DNA of 64,000 nt from an uncultured virus (IMG/VR IMGVR_UViG_2924862757_000006) (taxonomy: Duplodnaviria > Heunggongvirae > Uroviricota > Caudoviricetes), in the IMG/VR virus record IMGVR_UViG_2924862757_000006, one strand, 5' to 3'. Position numbers and translations under genes: made by a program. The notes under the pieces are model-generated. The model was not told the origin of the DNA. It was given only the letters and a program-made list of their open reading frames with translations, and ran no database searches. Below, piece by piece: positions 7,787-17,168 of the stretch; positions within the stretch are counted from its first letter, which is position 1; every line of letters starts with the position of its first letter.

Positions 7787-7869
7787 GGGCGGATATGTAT
7801 ATCGTTGGTTGAAACTGCGGTGATGTGCACCAATATTCCGTGAGACCGGTTCGACTCCGGTTCCGTCCA
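7787..7869 (+). ncRNA. tRNA-like element with degenerate D and anticodon arms
   Basis: Acceptor GGGCGGA/TCCGTCC, T-arm ACCGG-TTCGACT-CCGGT. Confidence 0.7.
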
Positions 7870-7963
7870 CTAGCATTTACATTATGTATAAATCAGGGAG
7901 CCGTACACCCTTCAAGCGTAGCCGTTCCATAAGGTACATTGGATTATTCATTTTCTTATTTTT

Positions 7964-7994
7964 CTGCCTGTACAATACCGTACAGGCAGTTTTT
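7964..7994 (+). terminator. Intrinsic terminator closing the RNA array
   Basis: CTGCCTGTAC-AATACC-GTACAGGCAG followed by TTTTT. Confidence 0.75.
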
Positions 7995-8003
7995 AACTAC
8001 CTG

Positions 8004-8095
8004 AAAATGGCGTTAAAATGGCGAAGTTTCTGTTTGCTAAACTTGTCAATAACGATTACCTTTACTGATGTAATAAACTAAAAGTCAAACCATTA
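8004..8095 (+). promoter_or_regulatory. Repeated phage middle-promoter/leader, copy 1
   Basis: AAAATGGCG x2, TTTG-N20-TACCTTTA, AAAGTCAAACCA leader; recurs at 15324, 20218, 23152. Confidence 0.8.
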
Positions 8096-8105
8096 ATTCA
8101 GAATT

Positions 8106-8702
8106 ATGAAAGAATTAGTAACCATTCAGCAAAAGCTGAAAGCCCCGAAAGGGCAATTTAATAAGTTCGGTAGTTACAAATACCGTAGTTGTGAGGATAT
8201 TCTTGAGTCAGTGAAACCTATTCTGACTGAAACAAAGTGTTCGTTAACTCTCAGTGATGAGATGGTGCCAGTAGGCAATAGAATTTATGTAAAAGCAACT
8301 GCCACTTTAACCAACGAAAAAGGGGAAAAAGAAATAGTGACTGCTTTTGCGAGAGAAGAGGAAACAAAGAAGGGAATGGATGGCAGCCAAATTACCGGAG
8401 CCTCATCTTCTTATGCAAGAAAGTATGCTCTTAACGGTCTATTTTGCATTGATGATACAAAAGACAGTGATGCAACTAACACTCACGATAAAGAAGACGC
8501 ACAACAGCCTGCAAAAACACCGGCTAGTATGAAGAATCCAGTTTATACTGGTGCCCAACTGAAAAAGGCTATTGCTGACATGCTTGCTGTCAAAAGCAGA
8601 GCTGAACTTGAAAAAGTATGGTATGCTAATCCGGCTATGCAAAATGATAAAGAGTTTGTAAATGCTTGTATGGAAATGGGCAAAATTTATCCTGCATCAT
8701 GA
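8106..8702 (+). CDS. ERF-family single-strand annealing protein
   Basis: LKAPKGQFNKFGSYKYRSCEDI and QITGASSSYARKYAL signatures. Confidence 0.9.
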   Translation: MKELVTIQQKLKAPKGQFNKFGSYKYRSCEDILESVKPILTETKCSLTLSDEMVPVGNRIYVKATATLTNEKGEKEIVTAFAREEETKKGMDGSQITGASSSYARKYALNGLFCIDDTKDSDATNTHDKEDAQQPAKTPASMKNPVYTGAQLKKAIADMLAVKSRAELEKVWYANPAMQNDKEFVNACMEMGKIYPAS

Positions 8703-9607
8703 TAGAGTTGGTTAAATCGAGTGTGGTTTTCTCAGAAGAGAACCACACATATTTTCTTGGTGAAAAGCAACTGAAAGGTATTACCGGAATGATAAGCCGG
8801 CAACTATTTCCCAATAAGTATAGGGATATTCCAGAATACATATTGAAAAAAGCTGCTGAAAAAGGCAGTCGTATTCATGGACAATGCCAGTTTGCTGATG
8901 TTACAGGATTACCACCCGAGAGTATTGAAGCTATTAATTATATCAGGGAAAGAGTAAATGCCGGATATAAGGCTTTTGCCAATGAGTACACTGTTTCAGA
9001 CAATGAATATTTTGCATCGAATATTGATTGTGTTTGGGAAAAGGACGAAAAAATCAGTCTTGGCGACATCAAGACTACTGCAAGCCTTGACCGTGAGTAT
9101 TTGAGTTGGCAGCTATCAATCTATGCCTATTTGTTTGAACTTCAAAATCCACTAATTAAAGTTGATAAACTGTTTGGCATTTGGTTACGTGGAAATAAGT
9201 CGGAATTAGTCGAGATTGAGCGTAAGCCGGATGCAGAGGTTAAGAGATTACTGGAGTGTGAGATTAAAGGTGAACAGTTCTTACCTAATGCTCCTGTTCC
9301 AGCCGATGAGAAGCAGCTTATTCCTATGCAATTAGTAAATACTATTATTGATATAGAGGAACAGGCGAGTTATATCGCTGAAGTGCAGAAAGGTTATAAG
9401 GAACAGCTTAAAAGTGCCATGCGTGAGAACGGTGTTAAATCATGGGACGCCGGTCGGTTGCGTGTTAGCTATACTCCCTCTTCAACGGGTAAGAGTTTTG
9501 ATGCAAAGAAGTTTCAGGAAGATCACCCGGAACTATATTCTCAATATTTAAAAACATCAACTAAAGCGGATAGTATTCGTGTAACTATAAGGGAGGAAGG
9601 AAAATGA
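8699..9607 (+). CDS. PD-(D/E)XK exonuclease-like protein
   Basis: ASNID...DIKT...QLSIY motifs; follows ERF. Confidence 0.8.
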   Translation: MIELVKSSVVFSEENHTYFLGEKQLKGITGMISRQLFPNKYRDIPEYILKKAAEKGSRIHGQCQFADVTGLPPESIEAINYIRERVNAGYKAFANEYTVSDNEYFASNIDCVWEKDEKISLGDIKTTASLDREYLSWQLSIYAYLFELQNPLIKVDKLFGIWLRGNKSELVEIERKPDAEVKRLLECEIKGEQFLPNAPVPADEKQLIPMQLVNTIIDIEEQASYIAEVQKGYKEQLKSAMRENGVKSWDAGRLRVSYTPSSTGKSFDAKKFQEDHPELYSQYLKTSTKADSIRVTIREEGK

Positions 9608-10077
9608 GTGTTAATAAAGTAATTCTTATAGGGCGTGCCGGTAAAGACCCGGATGTGAGAACATTGGACGGTGGAGCGAAAGTAGCTTCTTTATCTTTTG
9701 CTACAACAGATAAGGCGTACACCTTACAAAATGGAACCCAGGTGCCGGAACGTACAGAATGGCATAATCTTATTTTTTGGAATAAGACTGCTGAAATAGT
9801 TGAGAAGTACGTCCATAAAGGAGATAAGTTGTATATAGAAGGTAAGTTACGCACTCGTAACTATGACGATAGCAAAGGAGTTAAACGTTACATAACTGAA
9901 GTCTTTGTTGATAGTATCGAGATGCTTACACCGAAAGTTCAACAACAGGCTGCTCCTGTACCACCACCGTTACCAACGCAACAGCCTACACAGAGACAGC
10001 AACAACAAGTACAGCAGCCTGCATATCAGCAACAGCCATATCAACAGGTATCACCGCCTGATGATTTACCATTCTAA
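9604..10077 (+). CDS. ssb: Single-stranded DNA-binding protein
   Basis: SVNKVILIG start, TEWH, YIEGKLRTR, acidic DDLPF tail. Confidence 0.95.
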   Translation: MSVNKVILIGRAGKDPDVRTLDGGAKVASLSFATTDKAYTLQNGTQVPERTEWHNLIFWNKTAEIVEKYVHKGDKLYIEGKLRTRNYDDSKGVKRYITEVFVDSIEMLTPKVQQQAAPVPPPLPTQQPTQRQQQQVQQPAYQQQPYQQVSPPDDLPF

Positions 10078-10079
10078 AT

Positions 10080-10499
10080 ATGGCAGAAGCTATTCTAACA
10101 AAACAAAATGGGGTAGTCACAATGGATAAGTCGTTTGACTACCTCTGTTCCACGCTCAAGAATGGAACTTACACTGTAAGCATCAAGAGAAAGGTAGAAC
10201 CACGTACCCTGTCGCAGAACGCGCTCATGTGGCTGTGGTTTGCCTGTATTGAGAGGGAGACAGGCACGGATAAGTTGGATGTACATGATTACTATTGCCG
10301 GAAGTTTCTTCCACGGCAAATATGTATGAATGGAAATATTGTTTCGGTTGTTGGAAGTACTTCTAAATTGAATACGATCCAAATGAAAACTTTCATGGAT
10401 AAGGTTCAGGCTGATGCTGCCACCGAATTAGGAATCAATTTGCCATTGCCTGTTGACCAGTACTATAAAGATTTTATTAATGAATACCTGCATAGGTAA
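10080..10499 (+). CDS. NinB/Orf-like recombination protein
   Basis: RTLSQNALMW and STSKLNT motifs. Confidence 0.75.
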   Translation: MAEAILTKQNGVVTMDKSFDYLCSTLKNGTYTVSIKRKVEPRTLSQNALMWLWFACIERETGTDKLDVHDYYCRKFLPRQICMNGNIVSVVGSTSKLNTIQMKTFMDKVQADAATELGINLPLPVDQYYKDFINEYLHR

Positions 10500-10523
10500 G
10501 TATTAACTCAAAGTTTAATTAAA

Positions 10524-11132
10524 ATGGATTTGAATATTTCAAAAGCAAAATTGACCAAAAAGGGATGTCTTGAAGTGGTCTATGCAGACAAGGAAGGAAA
10601 CGATATTGTTTTCAAGGGGATTAATCCTGTTCATCCGGATTTGAAGGATTCGCTAAACAAGCTCATACCCTACATTGTCGATATTACAGAACAGAAAGAA
10701 TCCCAGTACATTAATTGGGAACGTCCAGAGTCATGTCTTGAAGATGAGTTCTTCAAAAAGTTCAATGTAACCGGCGTTAGCATTGGTGGTGATTCTTCTT
10801 TTGAGGTTTGTGTGTTGACAGGTAAGCGAACCCTTATGACGAGCAAAGTCCTTAATCTTTGTTCTCCTGGTATCGGTTTCGATCCGGACAATGAATCGTA
10901 TGTGCATTGTGAGGAGTTTCGTGATGCGGTTTATAATTTCTTGTATGAAGCAGAGCTTTATGTTACAGAGAATAAATGTTCGGAGATTCAAAGGGAATTT
11001 GAATTTAAAGATGGTGAGGATCCGTTTGACAAGGTTGATGAAGCTGCTGATGCAATGAATGAAGATGGTGAAGATAACGGGATATGTTCAACAGTTGAAC
11101 ATCATGAATTAGTATTAGAACCTGCTTCATGA
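10524..11132 (+). CDS. Hypothetical protein, acidic tail
   Basis: ORF in the recombination operon. Confidence 0.7.
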   Translation: MDLNISKAKLTKKGCLEVVYADKEGNDIVFKGINPVHPDLKDSLNKLIPYIVDITEQKESQYINWERPESCLEDEFFKKFNVTGVSIGGDSSFEVCVLTGKRTLMTSKVLNLCSPGIGFDPDNESYVHCEEFRDAVYNFLYEAELYVTENKCSEIQREFEFKDGEDPFDKVDEAADAMNEDGEDNGICSTVEHHELVLEPAS

Positions 11133-12865
11133 AACCAATTTATGTGACTAAGACGCCCAATCTGTACCGGATTCAGTTCGAGTATCACCCAAAGTTGGTC
11201 GAGGTCATAAAGATGATACCAAGTAAGCCACGCTATGACGGAACAGACCGGGCGTGGCTTGTTAGTATCAATGATACGCGTTATCCTATTGGACGTGATG
11301 CGAATTGGTATGTGAGAGCTTTTGCGCAATGGGCTGTTCAGATGCGTTATTGTTCTACTGTCAAGGAACGTGAGGTAACTGAAGATATTAATTATGATAT
11401 TCCTCCGATGAAACCTTTTGTCGGTGAACACTATATGTTACTTCAACCTTACGAGTATCAACTTGAAGGAGTACAGTATGCAATAGAGCACAAACGCTGT
11501 TTTTTCGGTGACCAGCCCGGATTAGGTAAAACATTGCAAGCCATATGTGCAGTTGTTAAAGCACATAAGGAAGCGCCCATTTATGGTGAGTCTTTTCCAG
11601 TACTTGTAATTTGCCCTGCTGCGTTGAAAGTAAACTGGCAGCGTGAGTTTAAGAAGTTCGCAGGTATGAATTCGATTATCCTTGATGACAGAAACCGACA
11701 GTCCTGGCAATCATTTTATGAGTGTAAAAAGTCTGATGGCAACCCACTTTGTGAGGTGTTCATTACTAATTATGAATCGCTTAATAAATTTTTTGTAAAA
11801 GCTGTAAATAAGGAATCCAAGCTTACAATGAAAAGTATTGCTTTCGATCAGCGTGTCTCTCTGTTTAGGTCTGTTATCATTGACGAATCTCATAAATGCA
11901 AATCAAGTAAAACTCAACAGAGCAAATATGTTGAAGGTATCTGCAAAGGTAAACGTTATATATTCGCATTGACCGGTACTCCTGTTGTTAACAATAATAC
12001 AGACTTGCTACAACAGCTAAAAATATTAGGTCGATTAGAGGACTTTGGAGGTTATAGCCGGTATGTTGAAAGATATTGTGATGGTCCCAAACAGGCATCC
12101 AACGTTAAAGAGCTGAATTGGCGACTATGGAATACTTGCTTCTTTCGTCGTGAGAAGTCAAAGGTGCTTACACAACTTCCGGACAAGACTCGTCAATACT
12201 TGACAGTTGATATCACTACCACCAAAGAGTATAAGGCTGCCGAGGCTGATATGGTAAAATACTTGAAGAAGTACAAGAACGCTTCGGATGAACAAGTGCA
12301 GAAATCAATGAATGGTGCCGTTATGGTGCAGATGCAGCTTTTAAAGCAGATATCTGCCAGAGGTAAAATCAAGGCTGTTTGTGAATTTGTCCATGATGTT
12401 ATCGACGGTGGTGAGAAGCTGATACTTTTCGGTTACTTGAAAGAAGTTGTAGCAGAACTGAAAAAGGAATTTCCTAAAGCTGTTACTGTAACGGGTTCCG
12501 ATAGTGTCAACCAAAAGCAATATGCCGTTGACTCTTTCCAAAATAATCCGGATTGTAAACTGATTATTCTGAATTTCAAATCGGGCGGTACCGGGCTTAC
12601 TTTGACTGCTGCCAGTCGTGTTGCTTTTATAGAGTTCCCTTGGACTTTCAGTGATTGCGAACAGGCAGAAGATAGAGCACACCGTAACGGTCAAAAGAAC
12701 AACGTTAACTGCTATTACTTCTTAGGTAAGGATACTATTGACAAGTATATGTATGATGTGATTCAAACAAAGAAGAACATTGCTAACGGTGTAACCGGAA
12801 CGGATGACCAAGTAGAAGAGAATATGGTGAATCTTGCAATGGACTTGTTTAGGGATAAATTATGA
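11129..12865 (+). CDS. SNF2-family helicase (HARP/SMARCAL1-like)
   Basis: DQPGLGKT, DESH, LTGTP, GTGLTLTAAS, QAEDRAHRNGQ motifs. Confidence 0.92.
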   Translation: MKPIYVTKTPNLYRIQFEYHPKLVEVIKMIPSKPRYDGTDRAWLVSINDTRYPIGRDANWYVRAFAQWAVQMRYCSTVKEREVTEDINYDIPPMKPFVGEHYMLLQPYEYQLEGVQYAIEHKRCFFGDQPGLGKTLQAICAVVKAHKEAPIYGESFPVLVICPAALKVNWQREFKKFAGMNSIILDDRNRQSWQSFYECKKSDGNPLCEVFITNYESLNKFFVKAVNKESKLTMKSIAFDQRVSLFRSVIIDESHKCKSSKTQQSKYVEGICKGKRYIFALTGTPVVNNNTDLLQQLKILGRLEDFGGYSRYVERYCDGPKQASNVKELNWRLWNTCFFRREKSKVLTQLPDKTRQYLTVDITTTKEYKAAEADMVKYLKKYKNASDEQVQKSMNGAVMVQMQLLKQISARGKIKAVCEFVHDVIDGGEKLILFGYLKEVVAELKKEFPKAVTVTGSDSVNQKQYAVDSFQNNPDCKLIILNFKSGGTGLTLTAASRVAFIEFPWTFSDCEQAEDRAHRNGQKNNVNCYYFLGKDTIDKYMYDVIQTKKNIANGVTGTDDQVEENMVNLAMDLFRDKL

Positions 12866-13050
12866 AGCCATTTAGATTAGTTATAATTGGGCAGAGAACT
12901 CATATTCAGGAATACAAGAAAGAAATGTTGTTCGGTCCTGAATGGGAAACCATAATATCCTTTGTCGGTTGCAGGAACAGGTGTAAACAAATCGTTGACC
13001 TTCTAAATGAATGTGCTACGATTTCAAAAAACAAGCAGAAAAATGACTGA
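12862..13050 (+). CDS. Hypothetical protein
   Basis: Overlap-coupled ORF. Confidence 0.55.
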   Translation: MKPFRLVIIGQRTHIQEYKKEMLFGPEWETIISFVGCRNRCKQIVDLLNECATISKNKQKND

Positions 13051-13492
13051 AGAAGATATTCGTAAATTGGAGGTGAAATATTCTGAAACCAAGATACAAC
13101 ACATTTGTGTAACTTGGTTCAGAGAAACGTTTCCCAATGTCGGCCCTCTACTCTTTGCTATACCAAACGGCGGCGTCAGGACAAAGAAAAGCGGTGCTAT
13201 GCGTAAATATGAAGGTGCCATCGCTGGTGTTGCTGACTTGATTCTGCTTTTTCCTCGCGGTGGTAAGAGCAGTCTTTGCATAGAGATGAAAACTCCACAT
13301 GTAAAAGGTAAACGTGCCGGAACGCAGTCTGATGAGCAAAAAGAATGGCAGGCATTAGTTGAGAAATATGGCAGTGTATATGTCGTTTGTCATGGGTTGA
13401 TTGAGTTCATTAATAGCGTTTGCTATTATCTGAAAGCTGACCCTCAACCTTATATAAACAATGTCTTACGGAATTATTATAAATTGATATGA
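13043..13492 (+). CDS. VRR-NUC family nuclease
   Basis: FAIPNGG, GVADL, IEMK, QSDEQKEW. Confidence 0.88.
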   Translation: MTEEDIRKLEVKYSETKIQHICVTWFRETFPNVGPLLFAIPNGGVRTKKSGAMRKYEGAIAGVADLILLFPRGGKSSLCIEMKTPHVKGKRAGTQSDEQKEWQALVEKYGSVYVVCHGLIEFINSVCYYLKADPQPYINNVLRNYYKLI

Positions 13493-14346
13493 CTTATATT
13501 GAACTTATCAATAGGTTTTGGGAACTTGACGAAAGCTGGCAATTTTCCTGCTGTGAAACGAGGCTTTATTTTTACTTGCTAAAAATTGCGAATCGTTTAG
13601 GCTGGGAGGATAACTGGACACGTAGTGATACAAAGGTGTCATCTGACGTGGGAGTGTCTGTAAAAGTATTCAAGTCCGCCCGAAATAGATTAGTTCAAGC
13701 AGGTCTTATTGAATGTAAACAAGGCAATGGAAGAGGCAATAAATCAACGTATTCTATAAAAGGTGTACAAAAAGGTATGCAAAATATACCACCTTTACGG
13801 CATCCTTTAGGGACACCTTTAGGGTACCCTTTAGGGACACCTTTTCAAGAAAGCTCCCCCATACCCCCTAAAGAAGAATATAAGACAGAGACAAAGAAAG
13901 AACCCCCTAAAGGGGGTAAGAAAGAAAGTAGCTCTGGCGAGCTTTTCCCACTCTCTAAACCGGAGAAACCTAAAAGAGTCGCAAAAGAATTTATAGCTCC
14001 TACGCTTGATGAGGTTATTCAACACTTCATCAAGCAAAATGCTCCGGAACGGTTAGATGACTGGCAAGAGCAAGCAGAAATATTCTTCAATCACTTTGAC
14101 TCGATAGGGTGGAAGAATGCCAATGGAGTGAAAATAGAGCGGTGGGATTCCAAAGCAAACCTTTGGATACTGGATCGTATTCGTGAAAATCGAAAAAATG
14201 AATTAGACCATGACGGAAGAGGAAAAGAATTTATCAAGCAAACTTCAAAATTTGATGGAGAAGGAAGCCGGCAAGCGCAAGCTGACGCTCCAACAGATAG
14301 AGAATCTGATACAAAGGCACAAAGAAAGTATTCAGAACGTTTCTGA
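13489..14346 (+). CDS. Phage replication initiator
   Basis: N-terminal wHTH (ARNRLVQAGLI), internal iterons, FIAPTLDEV...FFNHFDSIGW C-terminal domain. Confidence 0.8.
   Translation: MTYIELINRFWELDESWQFSCCETRLYFYLLKIANRLGWEDNWTRSDTKVSSDVGVSVKVFKSARNRLVQAGLIECKQGNGRGNKSTYSIKGVQKGMQNIPPLRHPLGTPLGYPLGTPFQESSPIPPKEEYKTETKKEPPKGGKKESSSGELFPLSKPEKPKRVAKEFIAPTLDEVIQHFIKQNAPERLDDWQEQAEIFFNHFDSIGWKNANGVKIERWDSKANLWILDRIRENRKNELDHDGRGKEFIKQTSKFDGEGSRQAQADAPTDRESDTKAQRKYSERF
13758..13917. repeat. Iteron cluster (probable origin of replication)
   Basis: 12-bp period CCTTTAGGG repeats at 13790-13844, with inverted copies upstream (AAAGGTG) and downstream (CCCCTAAAG). Confidence 0.75.
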
Positions 14347-14998
14347 ATATGACTTAACTGATACGCAAGAGTATTACAGTCATTGGAATTTAATTTCTAA
14401 CCTTGGTACGGATTATACGGAACGGGAGTTTAGAAAATTTGATGTTGATGATAACAACTCTAAACTAATTCAGTTTCTTCTGTACTACTTCAACGGATGT
14501 CGGTATGCTCAAAATGTGTTTCCGGAAGAGAATTACAAGGTTCATAAGAATCTTTTGCTTGTTGGTGAACCTGGTACCGGAAAAACAATGTTGATGCAGA
14601 TTTTTGCAGATTATTTGAAACTCACTTGTAACCCCAATGCTTTTGAAAACTTGTCTGTTACTCAAATGATGAATTATTATAAAATTCACGGGCATATTGA
14701 CTTGTACACTTACAATGAGAATCAATCCAAAGGATTTAAACCAAATCCCTTTAATATCTGCTTGAATGATATCGGTCTGGAAACGGAAAATCAAAAATCG
14801 TATGGTACCAGTCTCGATTCAGTTATTGATGAATTTCTTTATGCCCGGTATGAGATTTTTCAGCAATATGGCAAGAAGTATCATATAACATCGAATCTTG
14901 GCATAGCCGAATTTAAGAAACGTTTTGGCCCAAGATTAGTGGATCGTTTTAAAACGTTTAATGTTCTCCCCCTGTGTGGCGAGAGTCGTAGAATATAG
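14210..14998 (+). CDS. DnaC/IstB-like AAA+ ATPase (helicase loader)
   Basis: Walker A GEPGTGKT, NDIG, HITSNL, RLVDRF, GESRR end. Confidence 0.85.
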   Translation: MTEEEKNLSSKLQNLMEKEAGKRKLTLQQIENLIQRHKESIQNVSEYDLTDTQEYYSHWNLISNLGTDYTEREFRKFDVDDNNSKLIQFLLYYFNGCRYAQNVFPEENYKVHKNLLLVGEPGTGKTMLMQIFADYLKLTCNPNAFENLSVTQMMNYYKIHGHIDLYTYNENQSKGFKPNPFNICLNDIGLETENQKSYGTSLDSVIDEFLYARYEIFQQYGKKYHITSNLGIAEFKKRFGPRLVDRFKTFNVLPLCGESRRI

Positions 14999-15003
14999 CT
15001 ACT

Positions 15004-15192
15004 ATGAAAGTTACAATTTACTGGGTTACTAAAGATTCGGATAAAATTGCTCGTATCAGAGAGCGTTTCGGTATTGGAACGTATCGAAGTGTGAACGGTG
15101 AAACGCCTGCTGAAATACGAGAAGAAGATATGGAACTTCTTCGGGAAACTGAAAGAAGAGGATTTATTCAAATACGTAATAAGCCCACATGA
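15004..15192 (+). CDS. Hypothetical protein
   Basis: 62-aa ORF following the loader. Confidence 0.65.
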   Translation: MKVTIYWVTKDSDKIARIRERFGIGTYRSVNGETPAEIREEDMELLRETERRGFIQIRNKPT

Positions 15193-15223
15193 AAATGGCG
15201 TTAAAATGGCGAAGTTTCTGTTT

Positions 15224-15323
15224 NNNNNNNNNNNNNNNNNNNNNNNNNNNNNNNNNNNNNNNNNNNNNNNNNNNNNNNNNNNNNNNNNNNNNNNNNNNNN
15301 NNNNNNNNNNNNNNNNNNNNNNN
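15224..15323. other. Assembly gap (100 N) flanked by identical 32-nt repeat copies
   Basis: 15192-15223 is identical to 15324-15355. Confidence 0.98.
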
Positions 15324-15415
15324 AAAATGGCGTTAAAATGGCGAAGTTTCTGTTTGCATAACTTGTCATTTTACGATAACTTTACTGATGTAATGAATTA
15401 AAAGTCAAACCAATA
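15324..15415 (+). promoter_or_regulatory. Repeated middle-promoter/leader, copy 2
   Basis: AAAATGGCG x2, TTTG-N20-TAACTTTA, AAAGTCAAACCAA. Confidence 0.8.
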
Positions 15416-15425
15416 TAATTAAATT

Positions 15426-17141
15426 ATGGAAGTACAAAACATTAGAATTGACCTTATTAGTCCTTCTCCTTTGAATCCGAGAAAGACTTTTGATGAAGCA
15501 GCTCTTGAAGAGCTCGCAAGCAACATTGAAAAGCAAGGCTTATTGCAGCCTATCACCGTCAGGGTAGCCAAATCCGAAGATTTTACTGACTTAGAGACTG
15601 GCGGTGTTACGACAATTCCCTGTTCGTATGAAATTGTTTGCGGTGAGCGTCGTTTTCGGGCTGTGTCACTTTTGAAAGCAAAGGAAGATGAAGCGAATGT
15701 TGCAAAAATCAAAGCCCATCGAAAAAAGTCGGAGAAATTTCAGACAATATCCTGCATTGTCAGAGAAATGACAGACGATGAGGCTTTTGAAGCGATGATT
15801 ACCGAGAATCTTCAAAGAAAAGATGTTGATCCCATCGAAGAAGCTTTTGCCTTTGCGCAGTTGGCTGAGAAAGGACGGACTTTGGAAGATATTGCTCTTA
15901 AATTTGGAAAGTCTACTCGTTTTGTCTTTGACCGTATAAAGCTAAACGGTCTTATCCCGGAACTGAAAGAACGTGTAAGAAATGGAGACATACCATTATC
16001 CGGTGCTATGATTCTTTCAAAACTTGACGAAGAAACTCAAAAGGAGTTCAATGAGGAAGAAGATGAACAATGCACGACATCTATGATACGTGACTATGTT
16101 AGTAATTCCTTTTTAGAACTGGATAAAGCGGATTGGATTAAAGAAGACGCAGACAATTGGGAAAATGGCGAATTTAAGCAGTGCTCTCAATGTGAATCTA
16201 ATACCTGTAATCATGGTTGTTTGTTCTATGAGATGAATAATAAGAATGCTCGCTGTATCAATGCTGCCTGTTTTTATAGAAAGCGGATTGCATATGTAAT
16301 CCGAAAGATTCTGCTTGAGAGTGAGAATCTTGTTAAAGTAGGTGAACCTTTTTCATTCGGAAAAACTGTTATTGTAGCAAAAGCAGAATATTATTGGAGT
16401 GATGAAAGAAAAGCACAATATGAAAGTGCTTTAGAAGCCGTAAAGCAACTTGGATTTGAAGTAGTTAATCCAGATGAGGTGTTTAGGAGTTTATGTTATT
16501 ATAGTGCTGATGATGAACGGACACTAAAAATGCTTGATGAAGGTGAAATTTATCGCTGTATCTCATTCTTTGGTAATTATAATCCAGAATTTAATGTAAA
16601 ATTCTATTACACAAAGAAAGAACTGGTTTCTAGTACTGCCGCTGTTGCCGATCTAAAAGAGATAGAAAGGGAAAAAATAAACGCCCAATTAAAAAGAGCG
16701 AAGGATATAGTCAAGGAGAAGTCTGCTGAAGAAATGCGTAAGTGGGCGCAAGAGAAAACATATTATCAGAGAACAAAAGAATTCTCTGAAAATGAACAAC
16801 TTGTTTTTGATGTGCTGGTTCTTAGCGGTTGTAGCAGTACTTATCTTGAAAAACTGAATTTGAAAAAATGGAATGGTGAGAGTGATTTTGTAAATTATGT
16901 CAAAAACAACCAAGCTGACCGACACCAATGGTATAGAGCCTTTATTGCTGAATGCTTATCATCGAATAATGTGAATTTCTACTCCTATTTGCAAAAGTGT
17001 CAGAAAATCCTTTTTGCAGAACAATATCCGGATGATTTCAAAGCGCTCTCTAAGAAACTTGCGGATTCATATGATAAGAAAGAAAAGAAGCTCAAAGAAA
17101 GACTGAAAGAGCTAAATAACGATAACACAGAGGAAGCCTAG
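15426..17141 (+). CDS. ParB/RepB/Spo0J-family protein
   Basis: NPRKTFD, GLLQPITVR, CGERRFRA, ENLQRKD, HTH. Confidence 0.9.
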   Translation: MEVQNIRIDLISPSPLNPRKTFDEAALEELASNIEKQGLLQPITVRVAKSEDFTDLETGGVTTIPCSYEIVCGERRFRAVSLLKAKEDEANVAKIKAHRKKSEKFQTISCIVREMTDDEAFEAMITENLQRKDVDPIEEAFAFAQLAEKGRTLEDIALKFGKSTRFVFDRIKLNGLIPELKERVRNGDIPLSGAMILSKLDEETQKEFNEEEDEQCTTSMIRDYVSNSFLELDKADWIKEDADNWENGEFKQCSQCESNTCNHGCLFYEMNNKNARCINAACFYRKRIAYVIRKILLESENLVKVGEPFSFGKTVIVAKAEYYWSDERKAQYESALEAVKQLGFEVVNPDEVFRSLCYYSADDERTLKMLDEGEIYRCISFFGNYNPEFNVKFYYTKKELVSSTAAVADLKEIEREKINAQLKRAKDIVKEKSAEEMRKWAQEKTYYQRTKEFSENEQLVFDVLVLSGCSSTYLEKLNLKKWNGESDFVNYVKNNQADRHQWYRAFIAECLSSNNVNFYSYLQKCQKILFAEQYPDDFKALSKKLADSYDKKEKKLKERLKELNNDNTEEA

Positions 17142-17168
17142 TGGTTTCCTCTCTTTATTGACGCACTT

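Noticed and set aside
7127..7869. Calling the cloverleafs functional tRNAs with assigned anticodons
   Set aside because: None has a 7-nt anticodon loop, so no anticodon can be read.
15192..15355. Apparent tandem duplication of the promoter repeat around the N-run
   Set aside because: Identical 32-mers on both sides of a 100-N gap are typical of a contig break at a repeat; probably a single copy. ORFs spanning the gap are artefacts.
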